DNA from: Carcharhinus amblyrhynchos
Taxonomy: Eukaryota
Reading direction: 5' to 3'
Assembly (NCBI GenBank): GCA_965287045.1
Contig: OZ336872.1
Coordinates: 46,066,001 to 46,130,000, forward strand
Length of the DNA: 64,000 nucleotides
The notes beneath the pieces were generated by a model. The model was not told the origin of the DNA and did not search any database. It saw nothing but the letters and a program-made list of their open reading frames with translations. Below are positions 25,648 through 38,389 of this stretch, piece by piece. Numbering within the stretch: the first letter of the stretch is position 1; each line of letters begins with the position of its first letter. Position numbers and translations under genes: made by a program.

Positions 25648-26430
25648 CATGCAAAATCAAAAAAAAAGTTGTAAATACTCAACGGGTCAAGCAGCAATTA
25701 TTGAATTTATTTTTCAGTTTCATGACTTTTCATCAAATCTGGGAAAAAGTAGGAAATGCATTCGGTTTTTAAGCAGATGGAAGAAGGTAGAAAAAGAACA
25801 AAAGGGAAGATCAGTGAAAGGATGGAAGACAGGAGAGATTAAATTGCAAGAGTGGACTGCCTCACAGCTCCAGGAACCTGGTTTCAATTCCAGACTTGGT
25901 TGACTGTCTGTATGAAGTTTGCACATTCTCCCCAAGTCTCATGTGTTTCCTCCGGGTGCTCCAGTTTCTTCCCGCAATCCAAAGGTGTACAGGTTAGGTG
26001 GATTGTCTGCAATAAAATTGCCCCTTAGTGTCTCAAGATATGAAGATACATGAATTAGCCAATGGGAAATCTGTCAGAGAGTGAAGACTTTATAGCCAAA
26101 TGGCCTCCTTCTGCACTGTAGGGATTCTGTGATAGTGTGGGGCCAAAGAAGTGGTAATGGGGCAAATAAAGAAACAAGATGTGCCTGGAAGAGTATGGAT
26201 GGCAGAAGATGAACTGTTATCATCAGAAAGTTTACAAAAAGAAAACAAGATTAAAATTGAAATCACAGAGAAAAAAAAGAAATAAAATGGGGTCAATGGT
26301 TAAGTTCTTAAAACAGTGAATTTAATTCTGGAAGGCTGTCAACACCTCTTTGAAAATGAGGTATTATTTCTTGAGCTATGCTGAGCTACATTTGAACACT
26401 GCAGTTGGTCAAGGTCAGAGAGGTCAGCAT
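25648..26430 (-). mobile_element. Penelope-like element 3' fragment (GIY-YIG C-terminus + 3' end), interrupted by a SINE
   Basis: Same terminal sequence type as 20145; minus strand near 26300-26410 gives QCSNVAQH..LIF..QPS, like the PLE endonuclease end. Confidence 0.55.
25856..26133 (+). mobile_element. HE1-type V-SINE (5' slightly truncated)
   Basis: actgcctcacagctccaggaacctggtttcaattcc (B box), V-domain ctccgggtgctccagtttcttcccgcaatccaaag, CR1-like tail. Confidence 0.9.
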
Positions 26431-26829
26431 GGCATGGCATGCCCAACCTCACCCCAGTTGAGTTTAGCCATATGAGGACTGCTTTTGCCTGGTTTCAATT
26501 TTGAAGGAGGAATGGTCACCTCTCCATACCTGGCAACCACCCACCCAAGGTCTGCCTTCCATGAATGCTCTTTCTTCACCCCACCCTGACTTCATCAAAA
26601 AATAACACACCTCTCTCTTCCACTTCCGTAGGCCTCACCTCCTCCAAATTTTCCCCACTTCATTCCCCATCCCCATACTTAGCTGGTCATGGATTTCAAC
26701 TCTTGTGGTCCCAGCCCTGGCCATTGGCACTGCCGGGTCTGCAGAGATGCCGACCAATCTGATTGACCAGCAGATATGTGAGATGGTACTTCTATCCGAG
26801 TGAGGCTGAAATCCATCTCTTGCCAATAA

Positions 26830-27380
26830 ATACTACTCCTGAAATGGCTGTGGTGCCACTGTGATGAGCAAGGATGCATTTGCTGCCAACACTTTGGCTG
26901 GCAATGAAGGAAATCCCATTATTCAATACCCTTACCTTTGGATTAGGCACTTTATCACCTTCTGGACTCAGCATCAAGTTCAACGGTTTCAGACTCTGAT
27001 CCCTGACTTCATTTTATTATTGACTTTCTATGGCTTTGCTTTTGGTCATCATTTTGCCATTCACGCCTGTCACAGGCACATTTTGTTTCTTCACTGGTCC
27101 CATTATCACTCCGTTTGGCTATGCACCACCAACACTTTTGTCACTTGACTTGTCCTGTTTTCCACCTTATCTCAGATCTTTACTTTTGTTCTTCATCTGC
27201 CCTCTGCCCTTTCACTTGCTTGAAACTTATTACATGTATAATTTCCCCCTGCTCTGATGAAAGGTCATCAATGTGAAACGTTAACTCTGTACTATAGACA
27301 CTGCCTGACTTGTTGATTATTCCCATGATTTTTTGTCTTTCTTTTTAGCTCAGGTTACCAAGCTGCAGCATTTTTCTTTG
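26830..27380 (+). mobile_element. Penelope-like element 3' fragment with hammerhead-like core at 27254-27283
   Basis: GLGTLSPSGLSIKFNGFR (cf. LGTLQPxGLNxEF PLE C-terminus); ctgatga-aaggtca..-gaaa-cg-tta; terminal cagcattttttctttg. Confidence 0.65.
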
Positions 27381-28234
27381 GCATCACTATTTCTAATGCT
27401 TTTCACTTGCATCTGTGACTGAGTGATCAAGTCCAACAGTTTTATGACCTTCCGTGACATAATCTTTACTTTATTCTCAGAAATTCACTGCAATAATTGT
27501 GATCCATTTCAGTCAGCTGAACATGAGGAACATTTTCCCCAAAAGTCATGAATTATAGATTTCATACTCTTCTGTTATTGACCTTATACAACAAAGCTCT
27601 TGTGCTACAAAACAGACAAAAATGCATCTCCAAAAGTGCATGCCTTCTTTAATTGAACTTCTTACTCTGACATTCATGGAGGTTTATTTGTTCTTTGTTT
27701 ATCATGTGCCATTTCTGGGCCATGAGCCACAATTGCTTAAATGTAATTTTAATTGGCCAAGAACTATTATGCTTAAGCACAACATTCTGTCCTTTCTCTG
27801 ACATCTCACTATCGTCAAATAAAAAAAAGCAAAGATGAGAAAAATTAATTTGGCCTGTCTCTTCCTTTTTGAATCATACATTCTATGGACCTCTGCATTT
27901 ACTGAACCTAAAAATTAAAACATTTCCGTTATTCTGTTAAGGTAACTTAAGCTGGATCATGCATATTGCAATATTAAGTGAATAAATAACTTCACAGATG
28001 TTTGCAAACCGATTGGGCTTGATTAGCCAACCATAGCTGTAAAAGTAGCATTTTGGTAACTGTTGTGATATGTTGTGAATGGCTCTCAACCAGTTGCTAA
28101 GTGGAAAAGTAAAAGGTTCAAAAAGTAAATGGAAAATTCTAACTTTGTCATTTTCTTGACGTGATTAAAATGGTCACTGCAATGTAAATGCCAGCTGTGG
28201 TGGATAAAAGAGAACAGCTCTATTTTATCAAATT

Positions 28235-28740
28235 TTTATGGGTGTTGGCCAAACCAACACTACAGGCAGGATGTTGAGCCCACTGCGAGGTTGCTGGGAT
28301 GGGTTCAAGATGTGGTGAAACTCAGAAGTTGTGGATCTCGCCGATGAGATCATGACTTCCAATTTGTACTGCTCCTCACTGGCGACATGACCAAGTTCAT
28401 GCCCACAATGGATGTGAACCTAATTTACATGCATTTTAATGGATTAAACATTCTCCTGCCAGATATTGACCCATCCCCTTATGTTCACACCATGCTGATG
28501 TGATGTTATATCAACAGAGTTTACAACAGATTCATTCAGACGTGAACCTCTCGTACAATCTCCTGGCGGCGTAAGTGTGAGTACAATCTCTGGGGGAGAG
28601 GGACATGGCCAGCCAGTGCTCTGGCCATGCCCCCTGCCACTCAGCACATGTTGGCACCAACTGACTGTTAAGTGGGGGAGAAGTGTCAACTCTGATCAGA
28701 GCCTGGGAGGTGAATGAGGAATCTGATTGCGGAGTGAGGT
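28235..28740. mobile_element. Harbinger-type non-autonomous element fragment
   Basis: GC-richer block with tttacatgcattttaat and ggcac/tgcc motifs shared with 40436-41685 and 42985-43890. Confidence 0.45.
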
Positions 28741-29514
28741 ACAACACATTCTCCTTACTTTTAAAGGGATACATGTAATTAATCAGGTTTGCAACTGTGT
28801 GATCTGAATATTCTTGGGACCACTGTGGGAAGTTTAAAAAAGGTTAAAAAAAAAAGTGCAATTAGATGAATAATGACATGCTGCACAAAAATGTAGGTAA
28901 AGCTCAATATTAACGATGCAGATTTCAACCTATCTTAAATGCCATTAATCATTTTATAAATCCCAAAGGTAGTCATAAGAACAAAGTTTGGAATAAAAAG
29001 GGCTATTTGCTCTATAAAGCCCTGTTCTTTAATGGGCTATGCACAATCTATGTTCTACCCAACCTATTTAACCTCCTCAGGTTGTGTTGTACAAAATCAC
29101 CCCTTTTTTTCCAATGGTGAAACAAACACACTGAGAAATCTAACACAACATCCTGGATTATTTATCCTCAACACTTAGGTTTCTTCGGTCATATCATTTA
29201 CAAAATTCTAAGACTTCTGTCATCTCTCCGTGTACTTGCTCTTACAGCTCTCACTTCCATTCACAGTCAGTCATTCAGATCCCTCTCTGCCCAACAGTCC
29301 ATTATGTTTAGCTGGGAGTTTATTCAATGTAGTTCAGCCCAAAGGATGAGAGTGAATTTGGTACACAGGACTACATAAAAACAGTAAACTATATTCAGGA
29401 TAATTTGGCAATATCTTAGGAAAGGACAGAAAATAAAATTATCACGAAAACAGAGACCAAGGTCAAGAATTATATTCTGGTGCAGACCTCCTGAAAAGGA
29501 TGCAAACCATTCTC

Positions 29515-29900
29515 GGAACATAGAACATAGGAAAATAGGACATCGGAGCAAGAGTCAGCTCTTCGGCCTTTTGCACCTGCTCCACCATCCATCAAAATCA
29601 TTGTCGATCTGGCTATGATCTCAACTCCACTTTCCTGTCTGACTTCCACAAGCCTTGATTCCTTCATCGGTCAAAAATCTATCTAACCCAAACTTAAATA
29701 AATCCAATGATCCAGCCTCCATTGCACCATGGTGAAGAGAATTCCACGTAGTGGCAATCCTCTGAACGAAAAGAAATCTTCTTATTTCAGTCTGAAAAGA
29801 GAAACCTCTTATACTTAAACTATATTCCATAGTTCTAATCTCTTCCACAAGAGGAAACATCCATCAGGCCCTCACCAAGTCCTCTCAGGATCCCATGTCT
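29515..29900 (-). mobile_element. CR1 3' end
   Basis: MFPLVEEIRT..FQTEIRRFLFVQRIATTWNSL..LDRFL; (aacatag)n tail. Confidence 0.85.
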
Positions 29901-30519
29901 AAATGAAACTCAAACATGGCATAGGAATCTATTGTAACCTAATGCAGTAGGGACCTCAGCTCAGATAATCAGCATTCAGAACTAGTTTTTAGAAGAGGGT
30001 CAAAATAATATTCATAATACATAAGCAACAGTGGCTACAAGGCAATTCAACTCAAAATTAACTAGCCATCATTGCCAGAAATGACCAGGAGAAAAACATG
30101 AGCAATGAACAGAAACAAAACCGAAATTAAGTATTGTTGCAAGGAAAACTTAAACTATGATAAAACTACAAAGTGGAATATACTCAAGTTAAACACTCAT
30201 ACAAAAACCTTTAAAAATAAGCCAATTAACACTGGAAAGAGAAAGGAAAAAAAAGACACTGAAACTTAGTTTAATTTAGAGTTTGAAATCTAGGAAAACA
30301 AATTAAAAAGGATGTTAGAGGTCTGAAAAAGCCCAGGGAAACGAATGCAGCATAAGCTGTTACTCAAAGCTAAAACATTGTTCTGAATCCTAAATGATTG
30401 ACGTGGCTCTTAAACTGAAGATTAAATAGTTAAAATAGGAAGTGGCTCCCTAGCAAGCTTTTATACCATACCTAGCATGAAATTAGATTTTGAAATCTGT
30501 GGGGCAAGGCAAGTGTGAA

Positions 30520-30690
30520 GCATTGTGGGTGCTGTAAATCTGAAGTTAAAACAGAAAATGCGGTAAGTAGTCAGTCAGTCTAGCAGCATCCATAGAGAAA
30601 AAAAAGAGTTAGCATTTCAGGTCAATAGCTTTTTTATCATAACTGCTGAGTATGTCCAGTATTTTCTGTTAAATTGGAGACACAGCTATG
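30520..30690. mobile_element. Short self-complementary Penelope-end remnant
   Basis: aacagaaaatgcgg..cagcatcc..gagttagcatttcaggtc followed by inverted ccagtattttctgtt. Confidence 0.5.
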
Positions 30691-30909
30691 TTGAGAAGAT
30701 TTAAAGTGAAAATAAAATGGGCTGGTGCATATCCCAGGAAGTTTCAAGGAGACATAAGAGGAAACCCACAAAGTGTCATCACACATGTGCCAATGATGAA
30801 TGGCTGGGACAATATAATTCCCACTGAAAAGTTCCCAAATCTGCCTTGGGTACACTCAGATGCATTAATGAAAGATCAATAGCAAGCAAAATAATAGAAA
30901 TCATTTGAA

Positions 30910-31780
30910 GAGACAGGCAGCAGTGAGTGGCTCACCTTTTGAGTCATCAAAGGCTTTTGACCATTCATATGCAAAAGTCAGGAATGTAATGGAATACTTT
31001 CCTGTTGCCTTGATAATGGAGCTCCAACAACACTCAACAAGGTCAACATGATCCAATACAAAGCAGACATTGATTGGTACCCCATTTTTCTTAAACATTC
31101 AATGTATCCATCACTGGTGCGCCGTTGTCACAGTGTGTCCCATCCGCAAGACGTGTTGCAATATTTCTTCCACAACATCTCTCAAACCCATGATTTCCAC
31201 CACCTATAAGTATAAGGCCAAATCCACCACCTGAAATTTCCTCTTCAAGTCTTACATCATCCTGACATGGAAATATATCAACAATCTTTCATTGTCATTG
31301 GGTTTAATCTTGGAAATCCTGACCTAACAGCATTGCACCATACAAATGTCAGCAACTTCGGAAGGTAACCCACCGTCATTTTCTCAAGGACAATTAGGGA
31401 TGTGCAATAAATGCTCCTGAGCAGTTATGACAAGATGGATGTGGGGAGGATGTTTCCTCATGTTTGAGAGTCAAGAACACTGCTTAAAAAACAAGTGGTC
31501 ACCCATTCCAAACAGAGATGGGATGATGTTTTTTTTTCTCTCAGAGGGTAGTAAGTATTTGGAACTTGCTTCTGCAAAAGTCAGTGGATGCAGAGTCTTT
31601 GAATGTTTTCAAGACAGAGTTAGATAGATTCTTGATAAACGAGGGGATGAAAGATTATTGGGGGTAACTGGGAAGTTACAATCAGATCAAAGGGCCAAGA
31701 AGCCTACTTCTGTTCCTATTTCATGTTAATGCTTGCTGGTCTTGCCAGTGATGCCCATGTTCCAATAATGAACAAAAAGA
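30910..31780 (+). mobile_element. CR1-group LINE 3' fragment (KVRNVMEY/APTTL type) interrupted by a CR1 piece (~31420-31730)
   Basis: AKVRNVMEYFPVA..GAPTTLNKVNMIQYKA; tail caattagggatgtgcaataaatgct resumes as gctggtcttgccagtgatgcccatg. Confidence 0.7.
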
Positions 31781-31849
31781 AAACCTATACAGATATTATT
31801 TGATAATTAATAGTCAGCATTCATGAGAATTTGAACCCCCAAGACAACT

Positions 31850-32570
31850 CAAGGGCCATAGATCAGCTAGGTAGTCAACACCTTTTCCCAAAGGTAGGGG
31901 AGTCTAAAACTCAGGGGCATAGGTTTAAGATGAGAGGGGAGAGATACAAAAGGGTCCAGAGAGGCAATTCTTTTCACAAAGAGGGTGGAGAGTATCTGGA
32001 ACAAGCTGCCAGAGGTAGTACTACAGGTGGGGTACAATTTTGTCTTTTAAAAAGCATTTAATCACAGAAAATCATAGAAACACTACAGTACAGAAAGATG
32101 CCATTTGGCCCATCGAGTCTGCACTGACCACAATCCCACCAGACCCCACCCCCATATCTCTACGTATTTATCCACTTATCCCTCTAACCTACGCATGTCA
32201 GGACACTAAGGGCAATTTTTTAGCATGGCCAATTAACCTATCCCATACATCTTTGGACTGTGGGAGGAAACCAGAGCATTTGGAGGAAACCCACACAGAC
32301 ACGAGGAGAATGTGCAAACTCTACACAGACAGTGACCCAAGCCAGGAATTGAACCCAGGTCCCTGGAGTTGTGAAGCAGCAGTGCTAACCACAGTGCTAA
32401 CCACTGTGCTACCGTGCCACCCTGTCTATTTAGACAGATACATGGATAAAACGAGTACATACAAATGATATCGGCCAAACAATTGGGATTAGCTTAATGG
32501 TTTAAAAAAAAGGCGCATGGACAAGTTGAGTCAAAGAGTCTGTTTCCATGTTATAAACCCTCCATGACTC
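31850..32570 (+). mobile_element. CR1 3' end split by a SINE
   Basis: AIDQLGSQHLFPKVGESKTQGHRFKMRGERYKRVQRGN; same subfamily as 49655-50185. Confidence 0.85.
32062..32421 (-). mobile_element. Full-length HE1-type V-SINE
   Basis: tRNA-derived head ggtggcacggtagcacagtgg..gggttcaattcc, V-domain, CR1-like tail; attta duplicated at the insertion point in the host CR1. Confidence 0.95.
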
Positions 32571-32861
32571 ATCAATGTTCATTCAAATCATCAAAAACAA
32601 AAATGTAGACAAGCATTGAAGAGCAACAGGAAAGGGTAATATGATGGATTTCACAGTAAAGTTGTGAACTAGAGATATATTATCCATTTGATAGAAATAT
32701 TGTAGCAATGGAGATACTTCATCGAGATATACAAAAAAAAGTACTTTTTTTTACTGAAGCAAGTGAAGTAAAACAAGAGAACACACCTGAATGTTATCAT
32801 TTTTTATGACATTTAGAAATCTTAAAGTCAATGCTAGCCAACAAAGAGCTTTATACATATT

Positions 32862-32985
32862 GGCTGGAATTTTACCACTCCGCCCACCACTTGAATCAGA
32901 GCAGGCGAAGGGTGAAACATGGAAAGGTCCGTTGACACCCACCTTGTTCTTCTAGGATGGTGAGAGGATTTTCTACATTGACCTG
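32862..32985. mobile_element. Short Harbinger-type MITE
   Basis: ggctggaattttacc start; aaaggtccgttgac core shared with 60993-61149. Confidence 0.45.
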
Positions 32986-33239
32986 AACAGACAATCAGGG
33001 GTTTGATGAAACATCTAAACCAAAAGATAGCTTGTCTGTTTGTGCAGCACTCACTCACTATATGAAGTGTCATTACAAATCATGGGCTTAAGTCTTGCAC
33101 ATGACTTAATGCTTGTAGCAAAATCGGACTCTGATGAAAGTGCAACCAAGAAAGCAACTTAATTCTAACTGCAATCAAGAAACAACTGTGAAAAAGTACC
33201 TTTATTTCAATAACTGTTTAGAATCAGTAGTATTTAATG

Positions 33240-33512
33240 CATGGAGTCACAGTGGTTAGCACTGCTACTTCACTGTGCCAGGGACCCTGGTTCAATTCCT
33301 GGCTTGGGTCACTGTCTATGTGGAGTTTGCACATTCTCCCAGTGTCTGCGTGAGTTTCCTCTGGGCGCTCCAGTTTTCTCCCACAATCTGAAAGGTGTGC
33401 TGGTTAGATGCATTGCCCCGGCCAGCTGCCAAAATGTGGGGACTAGAGGAATTTCACAGTAACTTCATTGCAGTGTTAATGTAAGCCTTACTTGCAACTA
33501 ATAAATAAATTT
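33240..33512 (+). mobile_element. V-SINE variant with (taaa)n tail
   Basis: cacagtggttagcactgct..ggttcaattcctggcttgggtcactgtc; different 3' tail ending ctaataaataaa. Confidence 0.85.
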
Positions 33513-35429
33513 TAGTAGAGATGAAAAACATTAGGGACAATTACTTTCATCTACTTTTCATTTAATCTATTTTTTTTATTATTTTCTGCATTTTAAAACC
33601 TTTTTCCAATTTTTTTTGATAATGGAATCTAATTTCCAGGTGGACACTTGTTTTAAGTCAAAGATTAACCTTACCGTTCTGCCTGGTATGAAACATGGGG
33701 TGTGGTCAAAGGAGCAATAGGTGAGGTGCACAAGTGCAACAGCAGCTTCTGACTTCAATGATAAAGTATAAGTGGATTTGTTACCACCTGTTCTGCACTC
33801 ATGCCTAAATTTCAGCCCCACAAATTTTTCAGGTGGGAGAGAATTTTGTTTTAGCATGGTATGGCAGAATGGATCACAACAATTAGAGTTCAATATTTCC
33901 ATGGTTTAGTAAAGGCCATGTATGAATAATTTGCATTTCTCGGGGGAAAAAGTAATGTAATGAGATAGTTCCAGTTATAGGTGGAAGATTTCAATGAATG
34001 CTTTCTAGAGGAACTGAGTATCATTTCACTATTTTGATAACACAGACAAGTGAGATAATTATGCTAGCTACAACCGAATCATTTTATTTTCTGCATTGTA
34101 AAAATAGCACCAAGTAGAGATAGTGAGATTCCTTTTTCTATCGAAACCTACTGAGTCACCATTTAATTGCTTCTGAATAATTCCAAGATAAATCACTTGT
34201 GGAAGTGAGGAGGTTATCCAGAGAGGGAATGGAGAAAATTAAAAGAAGGTGGAAGAAATCATTTGGAGGAATAAAAGTAAGCAGAGAGGGTTGAGCGGGG
34301 GCTGACAATGGTCTTTGAGACTGCTGCAGAGCCTGACAAACTTATATTATTCTCATTGGCAACCAGGAGCACTGCTAATGATTCCTGAAAAGTGAAAACT
34401 CAACACCTGCCACACTAATCATTGCTCAATTTTAAAAGAAGGCCGTGAACACACATCAGACCCTTATCTGACATGTTCAAGAGGCCAACCCAACTTGTCT
34501 CGAAAAAATGCACCCAACAAATTACACGATAGGACAAATGTTTACACTAATTGCGCGCAGGCTGCTCCACCACTCTATTCCTTTTGTTTTTATAAGGCAA
34601 TTCCTGCTCAACTTAGAATCATACAGTGCAGAGGATTCCCTTTGGCCCATTGAGTCTGCACCGACACACGTGAAACACTGGACCTCCCACCTAATCTCAT
34701 CTGGCCCACTGCCACTTTTATTCTCATTATTTGTAGGTAAATGCAATGAACAGAGTGCTGGTTCCAAGAACATGCAAAAAAAAATCCACAGTGTTGCAAA
34801 GCTTAACAGTGCTGAATATTAATTTTTCAGTGATTGCTGTACAGTTTTCACTGAAGATCACTGTATTGATTAAGACAGTGCAGTTCCATTCCCTCTCTTT
34901 GCAGTGAAATGGTGCCAGTACATGCAATATTTCGAGCTAAATTGTATTTTGAAATCATCAGGGAAATCCCAGAAAATATGACAAAGCACAACAAAGTTGG
35001 CCAGTCTCACTGTGCAGTAATAAAATGGGCACATTTGCTAAGTGATGTACATAATTTCACCAAGTAGTCAATCAGTGATAGATTGATTGCTGCAGTGTTA
35101 GAATGCAGAGAAAAAGGCAGCAAAGGATGTAAGCAGAGTCTATTCTTTGTGTATCTACAGGGCTGGAACTCCACCCCCTCCACCCCCACCAGATGTGTTT
35201 TCAGCGAGGATATTTAAAATATGATGGTTGGCTAGTCTACTGCCTTCCGATACATGCCCAACCCATTACCACATATCCCTGTGGTAACTTTACTGACACC
35301 TCCAGCTTCACACCCAAAAGGTCAGAAGGATCATGAGGCTGCACTTTCGCGGTCCGTATTCGTACTGAAAATCAACCCATTCCCATAAAATACCTCGGGG
35401 GCGGGTACCAAAATTGGCAGCCCACATGC

Positions 35430-35940
35430 CATTATCTCATTGGAGGCAGTTCAGAGAAAGTTCATTCACAAGATCTCCAGTGTGGAGGAATAGTCTTATG
35501 AGGGAAAGCTCAACAGGTTGGTACTCAGCTCATTGGAATTTAGAAGAATGACAGATGATCTCATTGAAACATAGAGGATTCTTAAGGGGCTCGACAGGGT
35601 AAATGTTGAGAGGCCGTTTCCCGTCATGGAAGAGTCTAGGCCAAGGGGCATAGTTTCTGAATAAAAGCACACCAATTTGACACTAAGATGAAGAGGAATT
35701 TCTTCTCTCAGATGGTTGAGAATCTTTGAAACTCCTTGCCACAGAGAGCTATGGGGCAGAGTCATTGCGTATATTTAAGGTTGAGATAGATTGATTTTTG
35801 ATCAGTGAGGGATCAAGGATTTAGTAGGAAAGGGAATGAAAGTGGATGTGAGGAATGTTGGATTAGCCATGATCCTAATAAATGGTGGAGCAAGCTCGAG
35901 GGATCAAACAGCCTACTCCTGTTCCTATTTCTTATGGTCT
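35430..35940 (+). mobile_element. CR1 3' end
   Basis: SYEGKLNRLVLSSLEFRRMTDDLIETxRILKGLDRV; tail cctactcctgttcctatttcttatggtctta. Confidence 0.85.
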
Positions 35941-36129
35941 TACTGCAGGTCAGTGGCAGTGAGAAGGCAGCTTTAAAACCAATTTTGTGGACAAGACAGG
36001 AAGAAAGGGACAGGCGCATCATTTAGAATATGCCCTGTTTGCATCAGGGCAACCCCCCTTCCCTTTGTTCCTCTTTACCTAACCTTCAAAATCCACTTCC
36101 CCACCTGCCTCATCCACACTCCATAATCT

Positions 36130-37005
36130 GGATAATTAAACAACTAACCAGAGCAGGCAGCTTCACAAATATCCCCACTATCAATGCTGGGGGAACCCAG
36201 CACATCAGCACCAAAGGCAATACAGAAATATCATAAACCACAAGTGTCGTGTGCAAGATCCATCCTGAGGTCTCCATCATCACAGATGCCAGTCTTCAGC
36301 CAATTTGATTCACTCCATATGATATCAAGAAATGGTTGAAGGTACTGGATACGGCAAAGACAATGGTTCCTGACAACATTCCCATGGTAATAGTGAAGAC
36401 TTGTGCTCAAGAACTAGTCATACTCCTTTCATAGTTGTTCCAGTGAAGCTACAACACTGGCATCTACCCAGCAATTTGGAAAACTGCCTTGGTATGCCCT
36501 ATCCACAAAAGTCAACTGGGTTAATTACCATCCCAGCAGCCTGCTCTCAACAACACTCAAGAAACTAGACACCATCCAGGAAAAGCAGCCTGCTTGATTT
36601 GCACCCCATCGACAAACATCCACTCCCTCAACCATCCACGCTCAGTAGCAGTAGTGTGTGCTATCTACAAGATGCACTGCAGCATTACACCAAAAATCCT
36701 TGGACAGCATCTTCCAAACCCATGACCACTTTCAACCAGAAGGACAAGGGCAGCGGACCACCACCTGCAAGTTCCCCTCCAAGCGACTCACTATCCTGAC
36801 TTGAAAATATATTGCCATTCTTTCACAGTTGCTGGGTCAAAATCCTGGAATTCTCTCCCTAACAGCATTGTGGGTCAACCCACAGCACATGGACTGCAGC
36901 AATTCAAGCAGGCAGCTCAGCACCATCTTCTCAAGGGCAACTATGGCTGGGCAATAAGTGCTGACCAGCCAGCAACACCCATGTCCCACGAATGAATAAA
37001 AAAAA
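36130..37005 (+). mobile_element. CR1-group LINE (internally deleted) with A-rich 3' end
   Basis: IKKWLKVLDTAKTMVPDNIP..YNTGIYPAIWK; TTLKKLDTIQ; tail gggcaataagtgctg..atgaataaaaaaaa. Confidence 0.8.
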
Positions 37006-37933
37006 TTGTCCAAGAAACTTTTCCTGACCACACACAAGGAATTTTTTCTCCTCTCTACCCTTTACCACTATCCCAGGCAATATTGAGATAATTGAAGTAC
37101 CACAGTATAATTACTCTATAATTGTTCCATCTCTTTGTAATTTCCTTTCAAAGCTTTTCCTCTACATCTTTCTCACTGGATGGTGGTCTGGAAACTGACG
37201 ACACAGAACAATGTAATCACACCTTTTGTTCCTGAGCTCTAGCTAAATTGATTCCGTCTTTGACCCCTCTGAGACATCCTCTCTCTCCAGCATTGCAACG
37301 CTCTCCTTAATTAATACTGCCACCCCTGCCCTCACCACCCCCCCTGCCCCCACCACCACTACCATTTTCCTTTCCTGAACACCATGTATTCAGAAATATT
37401 TAATATCCAACCCTGTCCCTCTTTGATCCAGGTCTATGTTACAGCCACATTATATTTCCAATCTGTGCCTATAACTCAACATTCTTACCACATTCTGTGC
37501 ATTCACATACATACACAGTAACCTTGATTTAGATTTTATTGCTTTTTTCCTAACTCTGACCTCACCTTGTTATTACTTCCTATATTAATGCTATGTACTT
37601 ACTGCAGAATTTAGTGCACTTTTGTATTCTTCTCTGTTATTACCTGCTGGGTCCCATACCCGTGCCAAGTTAGCTTAAGCCTTGAAAATTGCACTGGCTG
37701 ATCAACTGAGAAGGAAGTCAGTCCTGGCGCTATTAGATGCGATCTGTCTGGACAGGCCCCATCCCTCCCAGAGCAGATCCTGATGTCCCAAAAATTTAAA
37801 TCTCTTCTCTCCTGCACACTTTTCCAGCTATACATCCATCTGCTTTATACTCTGATTTTTATACTCACTTACGCATGGTACTGGAAGTAATCCAGAGATT
37901 ATTACTTCTAAGGTCCTACTTGCTAATTTCCTA

Positions 37934-38106
37934 GTAAGAAGTCTTATAACACCAGGTTAAAGTCCAACAGGTTTATTTGGCAGCAAACACCACTAGATTT
38001 CGGAGCGCTGCTCCTTCGTCAGGTAATAAACCTGTTGGACTTTAACTTGGTGTTGTATGACTTTTTACTGTGTTTGCCCCAGTCCAACGCTGGCATCTCC
38101 ACATCA
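37934..38106. mobile_element. 173-bp Penelope-derived hairpin element with 13-bp TSD and hammerhead core
   Basis: TSD tgctaatttccta at 37921-37933 and 38107-38119; 45-bp inverted repeats 37933-37977 / 38025-38069. Confidence 0.85.
37990..38026 (-). ncRNA. Minimal type-I hammerhead ribozyme motif (activity unproven)
   Basis: Minus strand: ttac-CTGACGA-a-GGAGC-agc-GCTCC-GAAA-tc-TA-gtgg, i.e. CUGANGA box, perfect 5-bp stem II, GAAA box, UH site. Confidence 0.7.
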
Positions 38107-38389
38107 TGCTAATTTCCTATTCATCTCCCTAAATTCTGACTGCAGGACCACACCCCTCTTTCTGCTTCTTTCTTTGGTACCAATGTGGACCACAACTGAT
38201 AGTTGTTCAGCCCTCCCGCTCAGCATGTTCAACAGCTATTTAGTGAAGGTTAGCTGTACAGATCTAAACTCTCTGAGATAGCTGTGTTGCTCCAATGCTG
38301 GCTTCTTGAACAACACCAGTTTTAATCTTCTCAACCCTATGACCACACTTTCAGCTGCCCTGCTCTGGAATTCCCACACTAAAGCTTTT

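Larger units (their letters stand above)
37040..38280 (-). mobile_element. Old CR1 5' region (ORF1 esterase / endonuclease)
   Basis: Same reverse phrases as 21810-23200 (aatccagagattattac, ggtaccaatgtggaccacaac). Confidence 0.65.
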
